From Eledone cirrhosa (lineage: Eukaryota), in NCBI GenBank assembly GCA_964016885.1, contig OZ024741.1, positions 320,912,001 through 320,976,000 of the forward strand: a stretch of 64,000 nt of DNA, written 5' to 3'. The notes under the pieces are model-generated. The model worked only from the letters and a program-made list of their open reading frames with translations. It had not been told where the DNA came from and ran no database searches. Below, piece after piece: positions 14,538-28,795 of the stretch; within the stretch, counting starts at the first letter, position 1, and the number at the start of each line of letters is the position of its first letter. A program made the translations under genes and the position numbers.

Positions 14538-14598
<61 letters not shown>

Positions 14599-15848
14599 TA
14601 GCTTCCCCCTGTGTTGTTTACTTGTCTCACTCGCTTTACGCGTTTCTATTGTCCTAATAACTTATTTTAGTTATTATCGCTCCAACGTGAGGTATATGAT
14701 TTTTAATGCTATGAAATACCCATGATCGTTTGGTAAATCACTGATGAGGGACTCATTTTATAACATGTTATCCATGTGCAACCAGCAGTATTCTTCTCAC
14801 CCATATTTTTCATATATATATATATATATATATATACTATATAAATTGGAAGTGCTCGGACGTTGTATATTTAAGTAAGTAAGTAAGTGTAGTCAGATAA
14901 ACGTCGAAACGGCTTGGGGGAATGCAGCGAAAATTTACACAGTTATGCAAAATGACCCGAGGAGGCATTGGCTCGACTTTTAAGGTACAAGCTTCCATGG
15001 TTACGGAGAAAATCGATGAAACAGGAATTTCCCATTCAAATTGAACTGACAGTAATCTGTGAACGCAGAAGTAAATATTTCGAGAAACGTTCCAACCGAA
15101 CGAAAACAGGAAGATGATATTTTGGTTCGTGAAGACGTTCCCTAGCAATGAACGGAAAAAAAGCGAAGAAAATAAGTCGTTATGTGGGCGAGAAGAACAA
15201 TTTCATGCAAAGACAAGACCAAGTTTATGGTATAAATGGAGTCGTTAAACTAATATTCTATTTAACATAACAGAATGATTTCCAGCCCCAGAGTTTAAGA
15301 ATGATGTAAATAAAATTGAAAACGAAAATGACAGAGGTTATTAAAATAGTAAAAGTAAATAGTGAAGATTTAGGCCAGTACATACGTATGCCCCGACGGA
15401 CATACACATACATACGCACACACAAATACATACACACCCACAAACACACACACACACACACACATACACATACACACGCACGCACGTACGCACGAACGCG
15501 TATGTATAAACCTTATGCATTTCTACAGTATTTTCACCAAACTTAAGATATAGGTTACTTATGTACTCCGGATGGTCATGGGCACTTTCATTTTTCCAGA
15601 TATTGATTATAGGGCCTCCCGGCAGATAACCCCCTTTAACCACTTTCTTGGAGTCGACTGAAGCACTGCAGTGCAATGCAACAAAAGGTCATAACTTCTG
15701 GAGTTCGCAACCGATTTTCACAAAACTTGACACATGGGCTACGTTTGTCCTACAGATGAATATGAACTCTCAGAATTGGCACAAATTGAGTAGGGGACCC
15801 GGGGGGGGGGCAGGAACGCCCTTTTGGAAAAAGTCGATGATTTTGTAA

Positions 15849-16450
15849 AAGGCCGTATGGACTCCGTTTATTTTTGAGAATCGAAACCGACTCGGTAAAG
15901 GTAACCATAGTAAGTACAGTTAATTTTTTTAAATTTATTTTGAAACTTTATCTTATTTGCTAAACCTTGATTATATGTTCTGGCTCGTTAATTTATTAAC
16001 CCGCCATTGAACCACATTGGCATATGGTTGGACAATACATCTGTCCCTTAGCGCCTTGTGCGTGTAGGAACACATATCCTATTATTACTACTCCTCTATG
16101 TTGAGAAAAATTTGGTCGTTCTGACTGCTGCTAGTTATAGCAGTAGCCATCTGACCTCTCTGCCTCTGCCTTTATCTTTACACTCGGCCCTTGAAAAAAT
16201 TGATTCCACTTCATTTACTCTCATCTCGGGAACAATTTTGAATAGCGCCAGTTCGTAATTTGAATTCGAGAATTTTATATTCTCCGAATGAAAAGATCCT
16301 TCTGACGAGATTCTTTCTTTGCAACGAAGGCCGTATGGACTCCGTTTATTTTTGAGAATCGAAACCGACTCGGTAAAGGTAACCATAGTAAGTACAGTTA
16401 ATTTTTTAAAATTTATTTTGAAACTTTATCTTATTTGCTAAACCTTGATT
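15849..16450 (+). mobile_element. Non-coding HHR element F2, a ~1.25-mer of a ~478-bp unit ending at (TA)n
   Basis: 15849-15973 is repeated at 16327-16450. Confidence 0.8.
16298..16379 (+). ncRNA. Type-I hammerhead ribozyme (F2) with a long stem-II insertion
   Basis: CCTT-CTGACGA-GATTCT...AGAATC-GAAA-CCG(ACT)CGG-TA-AAGG. The core is intact and the site is GUA. Confidence 0.85.
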
Positions 16451-16475
16451 ATATATATATATATATATATATATT

Positions 16476-16672
<197 letters not shown>

Positions 16673-17441
16673 GTATATATATATATATATTCATATATTC
16701 CTACATACATACGTATACTTATATTAATCAGTGAAAGAGACTTGTTTCTAGTTAGGAAATCTACTTTTATTCTATAGGTGCGAAATTTTAAAAATATAAC
16801 TAAAGCATATGTGTATGTGAATGTGTTAGTGTATATATGTGAGTGTGAGTGAAGTCGTTACAAACAGAATTAGCAAGGATTTGGTATAAAGCTGACGAAT
16901 GAATCTTTTGTGAAACTCGACACTTCCATTATTCATTAAATTAATTTTGACAAAATTCTTCACCTGTCATGCCTTGTTATTTCACACCTTAGTTGGGAGA
17001 TTTTTGGTAAATCCATTTATTGAATTTCCTTTGGGGAAAAAAGATTTTGCTGATTTTGTTGTTTTGCTTTCTTTTTATTCTATTATTTCATAAGGTTTTG
17101 AAAAACAGATTATTTTTATACGAACGGATAAAAATATGTTTTGTATTGTACCGCCTCTTCTTTTCCTATTCTTTCTTTGTGTGTTTAATTTTTGGATTGT
17201 ATCTATAGTTTTCATTTGGCTCTGCTTTTCTATATTCTATCAAAGAATTTGTAGACATTAAAGGACTCAAGAGACTGGTTAAACTAAATTGTCATTGTTT
17301 TGATATGGCACAAATGCAATGTATGTCTTTAAGTTATTGTTGCTTTGTTCCAAGCTTTTGTAATATAAACATTATTTTGAAAGAAATGGATTGCAAGTAT
17401 TTTAGTTGTATGCTCATACATGAATACGTAATGTATATACG

Positions 17442-17504
<63 letters not shown>

Positions 17505-17509
17505 ATATA

Positions 17510-17917
17510 CGAGGGTAATCCCAAAAGTAAGGTCTCCAAAGCGATGGGAACGCAGAGAAACTGTTCGTACGGCTGTTGGCAACACTGTTGTGATTGGTGC
17601 TTCCTTCACTCCCAAACAAACATGCGCGCGCTTCGCTGGGATGCTCAATCTTGGCTTGGCAGCCGTTGAGAATGAAGCTCCCGTTGAATGCTAGCACCAA
17701 GTGCGAATTTAGTGCAGTTATTATATAGAGGGCAATCCCAAAAGTAAGGTCTCCTTCCGAGAAAAACATGTGTAAAGATCGGCGGATCACTCTGGTTACT
17801 CTCTGCATTTTGGTTCCTGAGGTTTCACTAAGCACCATCCACAGGATTTTAACGGAAAAGTTTCAATATCGGAAGTTACAATATAGGAAGGAGACCTTAC
17901 CTTTGGGATTGCCCTCG
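17510..17917 (+). mobile_element. Mariner-derived MITE or deletion derivative with TA target site; extra internal TIR copy near 17728
   Basis: TIRs CGAGGGTAATCCCAAAAGTAAGGTCTCC and GGAGACCTTACCTTTGGGATTGCCCTCG, flanked by TA. Transposase relic DRRITLVTL...[18 protein letters not shown]. Confidence 0.85.
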
Positions 17918-17961
17918 TATATATGTGTATGTGTTTGTGTGTGTGTATATACATATATTAC

Positions 17962-18003
<42 letters not shown>

Positions 18004-18051
18004 GCATATATACATATGTGTATATATATATATATATACACTTATATACGT

Positions 18052-18144
<93 letters not shown>

Positions 18145-18364
18145 ATATATATACATACATATATATATATGCCACTCCACTGTACATCAATATATATATA
18201 TGTATCTGTATGACTCTTGCGTTGGAAAGGAGGTCAATTATGTGTACAAACATTGAAAAATGCTCCGAAGACTCCAAGCCTAGGTTTGGATGAAACAATT
18301 TTAAGTGAATAAATGCTTTGAACATAGCTTTGATTCTTGTGAATTCTATATATACATACATATT

Positions 18365-19640
18365 ACTGTTACTTAAATATAAGTATGTATACGTATATAC
18401 ATATATGTATACAGACGTACAGTAGTATGTATATATATATATACATACATGCACACATATATATATATGTACGTATGGATTCACCGAACATTTATTACAA
18501 TGCTCGGTGTGTTTGTAAACCAATATCCCGTATAAAGCCGCAGTGTCTAGCAACCACCGTTGCTCGTTTGTTCAACACTGACAAAGGAACGCTGTACTAG
18601 TTTCAAGCTTGTTAGCTATCGTCAGCAACGTATACCTTCCTGCCAGATTGTTGAACGTCCGAAAGTATATACTTTCCTTATGTATATTAACGGCTGAGTA
18701 GCCCAATTTGCATATCGAGTGGGTTAATCTGCCGGGTGCACCGAAAACGATAAACGGAAAAAATGAAACGAAATTTCATTTCCCACTCTTAGTACGGCTG
18801 TTACTTAAATATAAGTATGTATACGTACATACATATATGTATACAGACGTGCAGTAGTATGTATATATATATATACATACATGCACACATATATATATAT
18901 ATGTACGTATGGATTCACCAAACATTTATTATAATGCTCGGTGTGTTTGTAAACCAACATCCCGTATAAAGCCGCATAGTCTAGCAAACACCGTTGCTCG
19001 TTTGTTCAACACTGACAAAGGAACGCTGTACTAGTTTCAAGCTTGTTAGCTATCGTCAGCAACGTATACCTTCCTGCCATTTTGTTGAACGTCCGAAAGT
19101 ATATACTTTCCTTATGCATATTAACGGCTGAGTAGCCCAATTTGCATATCGAGTGGATTCACCAAACATTTATTTATTTATTTATTTATTTATCGTTTTC
19201 GGTGCACCCGGCCGATTAACCCACTCGATATGCAAATTGGGCTACTCAGCCGTTAATATGCATAAGGAAAGTATATACTTTCGGACGTTCAACATTCTGG
19301 TAGGAAGGTATACGTTGCTGACGATAGCTAACAAGCTTGAAACTAGTACAGCGTTCCTTTGTCAGTGTTGAACAAACGAGCAACGGTGGTTGTTAGACAC
19401 TGCGGCTTTATACGGGATGTTTGTTTCCAAACACACCGAGCATTATAATACATGTTTGTTGAATCCATACGTACATATTTATATGTGTGCATGTATGTAT
19501 ATATATATACATACTACTGTAAGTCTGTATACATATATGTATGTACGTATACATACTTATATTTAAGTAACAGCCGTACTAAGAGTGGGAAATGAAATTT
19601 CGTTTCATTTTTTCCATTTATCGTTTTCGGTGCATATTTA
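18365..19640. mobile_element. Non-coding HHR element F3: about 1.8 tandem 434-bp units on the minus strand followed by one inverted unit on the plus strand
   Basis: Direct repeat with period 434. The inverted arm spans about 19185-19635. Further copies lie at 41990-42610 and, diverged and partial, near 8300-8540. Confidence 0.88.
19312..19354 (+). ncRNA. Minimal type-I hammerhead ribozyme (F3); minus-strand copies at 18589-18631 and 19023-19065
   Basis: ACGTTG-CTGACGA-T-AGCT(AACA)AGCT-T-GAAA-CTAG-TA-CAGCGT. Confidence 0.85.
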
Positions 19641-19655
19641 TATATATATGTGCAT

Positions 19656-19700
<45 letters not shown>

Positions 19701-19742
19701 CTACTGTACGTCTGTATACATATCTGTATGTACATATACATA

Positions 19743-19806
<64 letters not shown>

Positions 19807-20261
19807 GAGCTGATGATCCGAATAAGGTGAAGCAATTCTTCTTGGTAATGATGAACTAACTGTTGTAGAACTACCTGCATATATCTATATATGTATGTGT
19901 GTCTGCCTGTGTGTCTGTGTATGTGTGTGTGTTTGAAACATCAACAAATAGCTAGGGAAGCTAGAAAAGATAGCGTTGGCAACGATAACATAAGGCAAAT
20001 AATTGGTGCCATAGATATCAACTAGCTCATAGATGAACAGAGCATGAGGTATTTTGATATTCTGGTAAGAATGAAAATCAACCAACTAAAATATCAAATA
20101 TTCAAGCTTAAGAGCCAATGATAGTTTGAAGGAGTCGCAAACATTTTCTGTATCTATAAGGTGAAACTACTACACAACTCATACTTCTCTCTCTGTCATT
20201 AACTTCATGTCTCCTGACATATTCCCAATAGAAAAGTTTAGACCAAAGAACAAATTATATA

Positions 20262-20403
20262 CTAGCAGAATGGCCCAGCGTTGCTCGGGATTAGCTCTAG
20301 GGTTCTTATATATTTGTTATATATCCTTATCGAGCCACGTGAAATAAATACGTTTGTTTATATTTTGTTATTGTGTATGCAAAAACATCTGTACACGAAT
20401 ATA

Positions 20404-20458
<55 letters not shown>

Positions 20459-20630
20459 TGTATATATATACTAAAATAACAGATTAAAGTTTAAGCAAAG
20501 AATCACTGCTTTCACCCTTAACGGGATCCTCTGAAACTAAAAGAATCAATCTGTGAACGCAGAAGTAAATATTTCGAAAAACGTTTCACACTATATATAT
20601 ACACACACACTATATATATATATATACACA

Positions 20631-20711
<81 letters not shown>

Positions 20712-20997
20712 GATAGCGTCATGATGTCGTAATGCAGACAGCCAGACATACATACAGACAGATATTATAAGGGCGCGGCGTTGTAGCTATATATCTATCT
20801 AAAAAGACAGACTAAGAATTATAGAGAGATCGCTAAATCGCCCAATGCAGTCCCTAGAGCATTGAAAATTTGAAATTTATTTTGCTCAAAACACTCACAT
20901 AAGTATTACATGTGTAAAGTTTGAAAACAATCGGTTGGGTACTTCTCGAGTTTTAGGGAGTTAGACAGACAGACATTCTCTGTTTTAGATATATAGA
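20262..20997 (-). mobile_element. Non-autonomous Helitron
   Basis: The minus strand starts TC(TATATATCTAAAACAGAGAATGTCTGTCTG) and ends with the GC hairpin CCCGAGCAACGCTGGG, then about 9 nt, then CTAG. It sits between A and T. Confidence 0.75.
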
Positions 20998-21212
20998 TAT
21001 GTATATATGTGTGTGTGTGTGTGTGCGTGTGAATAGTGAATGCAAATACAAAATGTGTATAGAGATGAAGCGAGTAAACTGTAATTTCGAAGTCACTATC
21101 ATTTTACCACTTAAACTATATATGAATACAATCCACCCACCAGCATTGCGTGTTCATTCACTAAATTTTTGAGTGTTTTAAAGTTTTAAATACATAAATA
21201 CATAAATACATA

Positions 21213-21253
<41 letters not shown>

Positions 21254-21454
21254 TTGGAAAATGCGGGAAATCCTTGATACAGTAAGGTATATTTGAAAAT
21301 AGGAAAAGAATGACTTCACTTATAGTTGGTATTCTATAACAATTTAATTTTATAATTTTACAATTTTGCAATTTTGCTATCTAGATCTAATGACTCCTTT
21401 CTTAACTTCCGTGGATTTTTTTTTTTTTTTTGTAATCCTGGTTAACTTTCTGGA

Positions 21455-21636
21455 GAACTTTCTCGCATTCGTTAGTGGCGATTGTCAAACTCATCTAAAG
21501 TCATAATTTGTTGGCCTTAATGTAAGTGTATATACACTTCCCCAGTCACACACCCAAATTCATTATATACATACACCAACAAAACTTAACTTTAGATCTG
21601 TTTGACAATCGCCACCATGGAATGTGAGAAAGTTTC
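21455..21636. repeat. Imperfect ~60-bp inverted repeat (MITE-like fold-back)
   Basis: AACTTTCTCGCATTC..GTGGCGATTGTCAAAC..ATCTAAAGT pairs with ACTTTAGAT..GTTTGACAATCGCCAC..GAATGTGAGAAAGTT. Confidence 0.75.
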
Positions 21637-22041
21637 CTTTCTTCAACGATATTATATTTATATAATAGATAGCATAGTTATATAGCAGGACATATTTATG
21701 TTTCTAACAAATAAGGACAGCAAATAACCAATTGTGAATTGCCTAAATCTATATAAAGTTTACTTGTGATAAGAACTATTTTCTCATCTATTTTTTTTCC
21801 TGTTGTAGATATATAGATATATATACACATATAACTACTTCTTTTATTTAATGTATATGTTTAACAGAAGGCTACGCTCAAGGGAGATAACAAAAACATA
21901 ACGCAATTTCTGTCTGGAACGTGTGTTGACACTATTACGAATGGCGAAGTACTATTGAAACGATATATGTTTGAAGACTGAATGATAGAGTTTAAATTGG
22001 AAAAAGAGTAAGCAATAAGCTTAATACCATGTATCAGTATT

Positions 22042-22117
<76 letters not shown>

Positions 22118-22180
22118 GTATATATACCAGACAGGTAGCGTATATTCTTATTGTCTCCACACTGCTGCCAATTATATACT

Positions 22181-22221
<41 letters not shown>

Positions 22222-22244
22222 TGTGTGTGTGTAGAGAGAGAGAG

Positions 22245-22291
<47 letters not shown>

Positions 22292-23166
22292 GAGAGAGAG
22301 AGAGATGTAGGGAGAGGGAGAGAAAGAAAATGGTCGGTTAAGCCAATTCACTCCTTTCACTCGCTAAGTCATCTTCGTTTATAGCATAAGAAAATTAATT
22401 CGTTTTTAGTCGCACAGCTAACTACATTAAATGACGTCTGTCCGTGCAATTAATGGTCGTTATTGCCAGCAGTCTGGAACAATGTAAATCAAAGATCTAC
22501 TTTTCGCCGAGGTGACAATCTTAATGATAATAAGAATAATATTTTCATACATATATATATATATTTCGATACACACACACAAATGTAATTACACACACAC
22601 ATATATATATATATATATGCACACACACATATGTATATATATATATATATATATATATGCCTAGTTCTATGTATATACATGCCTGGGTCTATGTATGTGT
22701 ATATATATGCGTATATGTGTGTGTGTGTGTGTCGGTAATGGTGTGTGTCAGTGTGTGTATGTATGTATGTAAGTATGAAAACGTATGCCTTTGAGTTATT
22801 ATAAGAATGGGATTCTCTTTTCATCAAGATATCGCCACCACTACCAACACCACTACCAGCACTGCTACTACCAATACTACCTCGACCAATCACCACTACC
22901 ACCACCATTACGATCCATCTATCCATCTCTACTCATATCGTTCAAGGTAGAAAGAAATCGTAAAATCTCAATGAAATATTTCTTTTTACTACCATATATG
23001 GACACGTGTCGGTTTGGAATGAAGTTGATATTAAAAGAATTTTCCAGAATATATTATTCACTCATGAATTATTAATTAACTAAGCTACATCAAGTCGCAT
23101 ATGTCCTCTTTTACTGAACCTGTGTGTGTTTCTCAATATATGCGTGCATATGTGTGTACGTGTGTG

Positions 23167-23246
<80 letters not shown>

Positions 23247-25277
23247 TGTGTTTTGTGTCCGCACGCGCGCGTATGGTTCTTTACATATTTATATATTTAG
23301 CATGAGTTAAAACGGACTCTTGATTATTTTTTTTATGTTTAAGTTTTGTTTTTTCCATGGTCTTTCCATATCCATATTAAATGGTAAATGTTAAAGTATT
23401 TATCGAGTAAAAGGTTCCTCAGTCTAAAATTATCCCGGTTTCATGTGAACGTGTACGTTTGGCTGCTAAAATGACGCCAGATGGCTGCAGGTTTAACTTC
23501 CAGCTACTGCTGGTACTAATTTTGTTTTCAGTAAAATATGAAGTTCCTTGCTCAAAACCACAACACAACATCTAATACGGGAATTGAACCCACATCATTA
23601 CAACCGTGAGTCGAACACTTTAATCTCTAGATCACTTGTCTTCACACAGCCAAGAGTAGTACCTTTCAATAATTCACGCGGACTACTGATGGTTAATAAT
23701 TCAATGCCGGTGTGTAAGATGCTCTGGGAAGATGTAGTACCTTTGATGTCTGATAGCTGTACTCCTTGGGAGGGTACATGTTCAACGATCTCCACCCACA
23801 GTCGAAATCCCTTAGGTCTGGTTTTAATGCCACAACATGTTAGACCGCTTCAGCTGGCGGGCTAAATGACGTGAAGGGGTGATGTTAGTACCATCACTGG
23901 AGGGATGAATCCCTATATTTCCTTGAAGAAACTCCATGGCCATGTGTCTATGACCAGAGCAAAACACCTGGGTGGAACATAATCGTCTTGGTCATCACTG
24001 TTGATCGATGAGATCCGGCGGACTAAATTTTCCCAAGATATGCAGCATAATGCAGCGCCTACAACCCTGTGGGATCAAAGGAAAAGTGAAGAGAAGGGAA
24101 ATGTTGGTTAATATCGGTTTGTAATTAGTTGTAATTTAGCCGCAGGCCAGTTTTGATTGGACCAAGATCTGTGATCAAACACGTCGAAGCTATGACCACT
24201 CAGCCCTTTTCTTTGGTATATAAAAACACTATATAGGAACTCAGTTGTATAAATGTATATTCAATGCATGCGTATATATAATGTATGCAGAGGCCTATAA
24301 GAAGGGCGCTTCAGTGGGGACATCGGTTCGGATCCCGAGAGGCCAGATAGGGTTCAATAATTTGTATGCTTTCACCTGAAACATGTCTCCTCCACCCCCG
24401 TTCCGGCTCAAAAGCAATATTTTCCCGCCATACTGATCTCTCAGGGTCCTTGTGTATGCGTGTGTCATTAATATATGTGCGAACGTGGTATGCTCGCAGC
24501 AGAGGCGAGGGGATATGTAATATGCGCGCGAATACACGTCAAGCTAGTTACATGTATTGTAATCCTCCTGATTATGATGTTCAAACCTGAAGTGCCCCGG
24601 GTCACCCATGGTCTAAATCGGGCCCTACATAGAACCCTACTCACACATGCATACTCATGTATGTATGTATCTATGTATGTTTATATGCATGCATGCATAC
24701 ATACATACATACATACATACATACATACATACATACATACATACATACATACATACATACATACATACATACATGATGATGGCTGACCCCTCGTTATCCT
24801 GTGCGTGAAGATTTTTTTTTAAAGTGAGCAAAGACTGTACTGAGCCAATGCTACTCTCTGAGCGACAGTAGCTATAACCCGAAAAGAAGAAAAGATCAAC
24901 ATCATCGGTAACTACTGAGCCTCACGTTTTATGTCCTAAAGAAAGGGCGGAAGAACTCATAAGACTCAACGGCCATCCAAAAATGTGTAAATATGTATAT
25001 ACACATGTACATATGTATATGTATATATATGTATATGCATGTGTGGATGTGTATGTATATGCGCGGGGACATAGAAATAGTCGGGCTGGATACTCGATGT
25101 GCGGTTAAACCACTGGGAGTTAAATCCCTAAACTTTGTCAGGGCATTCTTCTAGGGGAAGTCAACTCAGGAAACTGGGATAACACCGACAGAAAACATAG
25201 TTATATTTGCATATACATACGTATATTTGCACATATATTATATATATAAAGAGAGAGAGGGTGAGGGTGAGATATAG

Positions 25278-25390
<113 letters not shown>

Positions 25391-26054
25391 AATTTTGTCC
25401 GAAGAAGTAATAAATCATTGCCACTTCGATTACAATAAAATAATAAAACATTTTTCTTATTTCGAATCTAGCGCTTCCGTCTTTCGCGAGACTTATCAAG
25501 ATATAAAATCAGTATCGTGATATGTCACATGTAAATTGAAAGCTCTAGATTCAAATTATAAACAATCTTTTATTATTACTTTCTGACAATCATACTTTCT
25601 TAATATATCATTTTGTCCACTACTTAATACATTTATAGCAAAGACGAGGCAGATTTTCTGGAGTTGGAATCGATCTTACAGCAGATTGTGTTAATATGGC
25701 AGTAACCACTTAGCTGTCATTGTTCGGTTACTTGGTGTATTCTGAGAACGAAAGTGAAGCCATCTCCGTCAGTTATGATGCTTCGACTGGTAGTGGTATT
25801 TGAATGGCAACCTTCGGATTCTGCTGTTGTTGATATCGTTATATTTGTTGGACTAAATATTTCTACAACTGCGCCCTTCACTATCGCCTTTGTGCTGTGC
25901 TAATCATATACCAAGGAGTGATTCAATGCCCAGGTATATCTCTTATTATACTACTTAACATTCTGTCGGTATACCAAAGATAAAATCGGAAGTTGAATTG
26001 GATTTCCCTTACTCAGTGGATGATTCATAACTACACACATCACATGGACCTCTC

Positions 26055-26089
<35 letters not shown>

Positions 26090-26134
26090 TTGGGGAGGGT
26101 CATATTTGTGTAATAATATTGCCAGAATTAATAA

Positions 26135-26636
26135 CAGAACACACTCACTGTTTGGTTGGTTTTCGCTTCTGTATCTTTTATATCAGTTAATTTAATTTAT
26201 TCGGTCCTCAATGTTACCATTGACTGACCAACGGTCAAAAATACAGATATAATATAGACACAAACACATATATATAGTCTAACAAATTTCTTTCGTTGCA
26301 CATCTGCAACATCGTCAGTGGTGCTATTATGTTTCCCCTGTTGTATTGTATGTCTACGCCATCTTCATTTAATCTGTTTATTTATAAATTTATTTATTTA
26401 TTTATTTATGAATAAATAAATAAACAGATTAAATAAAGATGGCGTAGACATAAACACCAGTGACGATGTTGCAGATGTGCAACGAAAGAACTTTGTTAGA
26501 CTATATATATGTGTTTGTGTCTATATTATATCTGTATTTTTTACCGTTAGTCAGTCAATGGTAACATTGAGGATCGAATAAATTAAATTAACTGATATAA
26601 AAGATACAGAAGCGAAGACCAACCAAACAGTGAGTG

Positions 26637-26689
<53 letters not shown>

Positions 26690-27800
26690 TAGCAAAAATA
26701 AATAACAAAAAAATCCTCCATTCCCATTATGCCAAACCCATGACTTCCAAATATCTGATCCACCGAAACTCAGCTGTTTCGGACCACACCAAAATCAACA
26801 TACTGATTGCGGATTTGGTACGGGTGATGAGAAACGTGTCCCGCATGTGCAACCCCAAAGAACTAGAGAGACACATACAACACTTCATCCACCGTATGCA
26901 GTTCTCTGGTTACAACCAGAGAGATAAAATCAGAGTATATAGAGGGGCCAGAACCAAATGGGAAAAAATGGTAAATAATGATACAAATGGGGCCTACCTC
27001 TTGTATAGGAGCAAATTTTGGAATAGAATAGACAGAACTAGGAATAAGGTTAATAGAATAAACTCATGGTATGATAGCAATAAATATCAGAGTGTAATGT
27101 TCATCGATACAACCCCTAGAGGTGAATTAGCTTACATATTTAGAAGGGCCCTAGATAAACATAAACTCAATATTAAGATAGTAGAACATGCTAAAATAGA
27201 ACATAAGTGTAAATTAGAGAACATAGAAATAAAAATAGAATCTACACACAGAAAAGAGGCACTGTTTAGACAAATCACAGAGGCAATAAACATAAATGAA
27301 CTCCAACCAAAATTAAATAGAAAACATGAATGGAATAGCAACATCACAACTTACAATTATGGACAAAATGAAAACACACACACACATAGAACAAACAACC
27401 AACCAGTAACATGTAAATAAACAAATAAATGAACAAATATAAACACACACAGACACCCGGATGCAACACGTGCTCAAACTAAGCACACACAAAATCAAGA
27501 TGGCGTAGGACAGAACAAAGGAGAGGCACAAAAACAAAGAAAAGAATCCCCAGTCACTGAAGAGGTCACAGAATGTGTGACGAAAGAAATTTGACAATAT
27601 ATGAACAAACGTCCGGTTGTGGAACCAACCAACCAACCAGTAATTTATAAATTCTTAAATTTATAAATTTAATGTATAATAAATTGAAGTGAAAGCAACT
27701 GGTGCGTGTGTTTCTTATTGGCAACATGACCCTCCCAAAGTATAACAATATCGGTTTCAACACACGTTTTCAGATAAAGAATCTTGCTAAACAAATTCAG
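26135..27800 (+). mobile_element. Penelope-like fragment (RT C-terminus fused to EN C-terminus, ORF 26740-27420) preceded by a fold-back repeat (26135-26640)
   Basis: HYAKPMTSKYLIHRNSA...KINILIADLVRVMRN..MQFSGY and ALFRQITEAINI...PKLNRKHEW. The inverted arms are centred on (TTTA)n/(TAAA)n near 26410. HHR-like cores lie at about 26290-26325 (-) and 27554-27595 (+). Confidence 0.8.
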
Positions 27801-27820
27801 AAACGAAATATATATATATT

Positions 27821-28000
<180 letters not shown>

Positions 28001-28071
28001 CATATATATATATACACATATAAACATATATATACATATATACATTATACATATATATATGTGTGTGTGTG

Positions 28072-28110
<39 letters not shown>

Positions 28111-28723
28111 TCACAGCCATTCAGCTGCGTCAGGTAGCGATAAAGAAGAAATATATATATATAGAGAGAGAGTTGAGAGCAGGGAGGGGAGAGGAAGAGA
28201 GATACATATATCTGCGTGTGTGTGTGTGTGTAATTTTAAACAAGGAATGAATAAGATAAGGTGGAGACAAGGTAGTTTTTACGATTTATTCAGAAAATAA
28301 AAGTATCGATATGCAGTTCAATCGATGGCAGTTATGGAACTTTATATCATTAACTTCAAAAGCCCGCAACAATTGTGCTGTCTAACATCAAAGACAATCA
28401 GTTACATAACTGCCATCGATTAGTCAGTTCCTCGATAAAGTTTCTCTGCTGAAACGATTATAAAACAATGGATTAAATAACTACTTCACTTGTCTTATAC
28501 ATTCAGTACTCAACATTATATACCCGACTCTGTAGCTTTGAATACTCAATGACATATAAGTGGAAATTTTACTGTGCTTTGATGGGAAATAGGCAGCAGT
28601 ATTACATTGAGTTCTGAAATGGTTATAAATCCTACGTAGATTAGATGGTATATATATATATATATATATATATAAAACTATTTCAGAATTCAATGTAATA
28701 CTGCTGCGTATTTCCCATAGAAG

Positions 28724-28789
<66 letters not shown>

Positions 28790-28795
<6 letters not shown>

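Noticed and set aside
14738-14790. CTGATGAG core
   Set aside because: No stem II followed by GAAA downstream. The same applies to the cores near 43520 and 63888 on the minus strand.
19805-19845. HHR-like CCGAG-CTGATGA-TCC..GG-T-GAAG-CAATTC-TT-CTTGG
   Set aside because: GAAA and stem III are mutated. It is probably a dead relic and is not counted as a feature.
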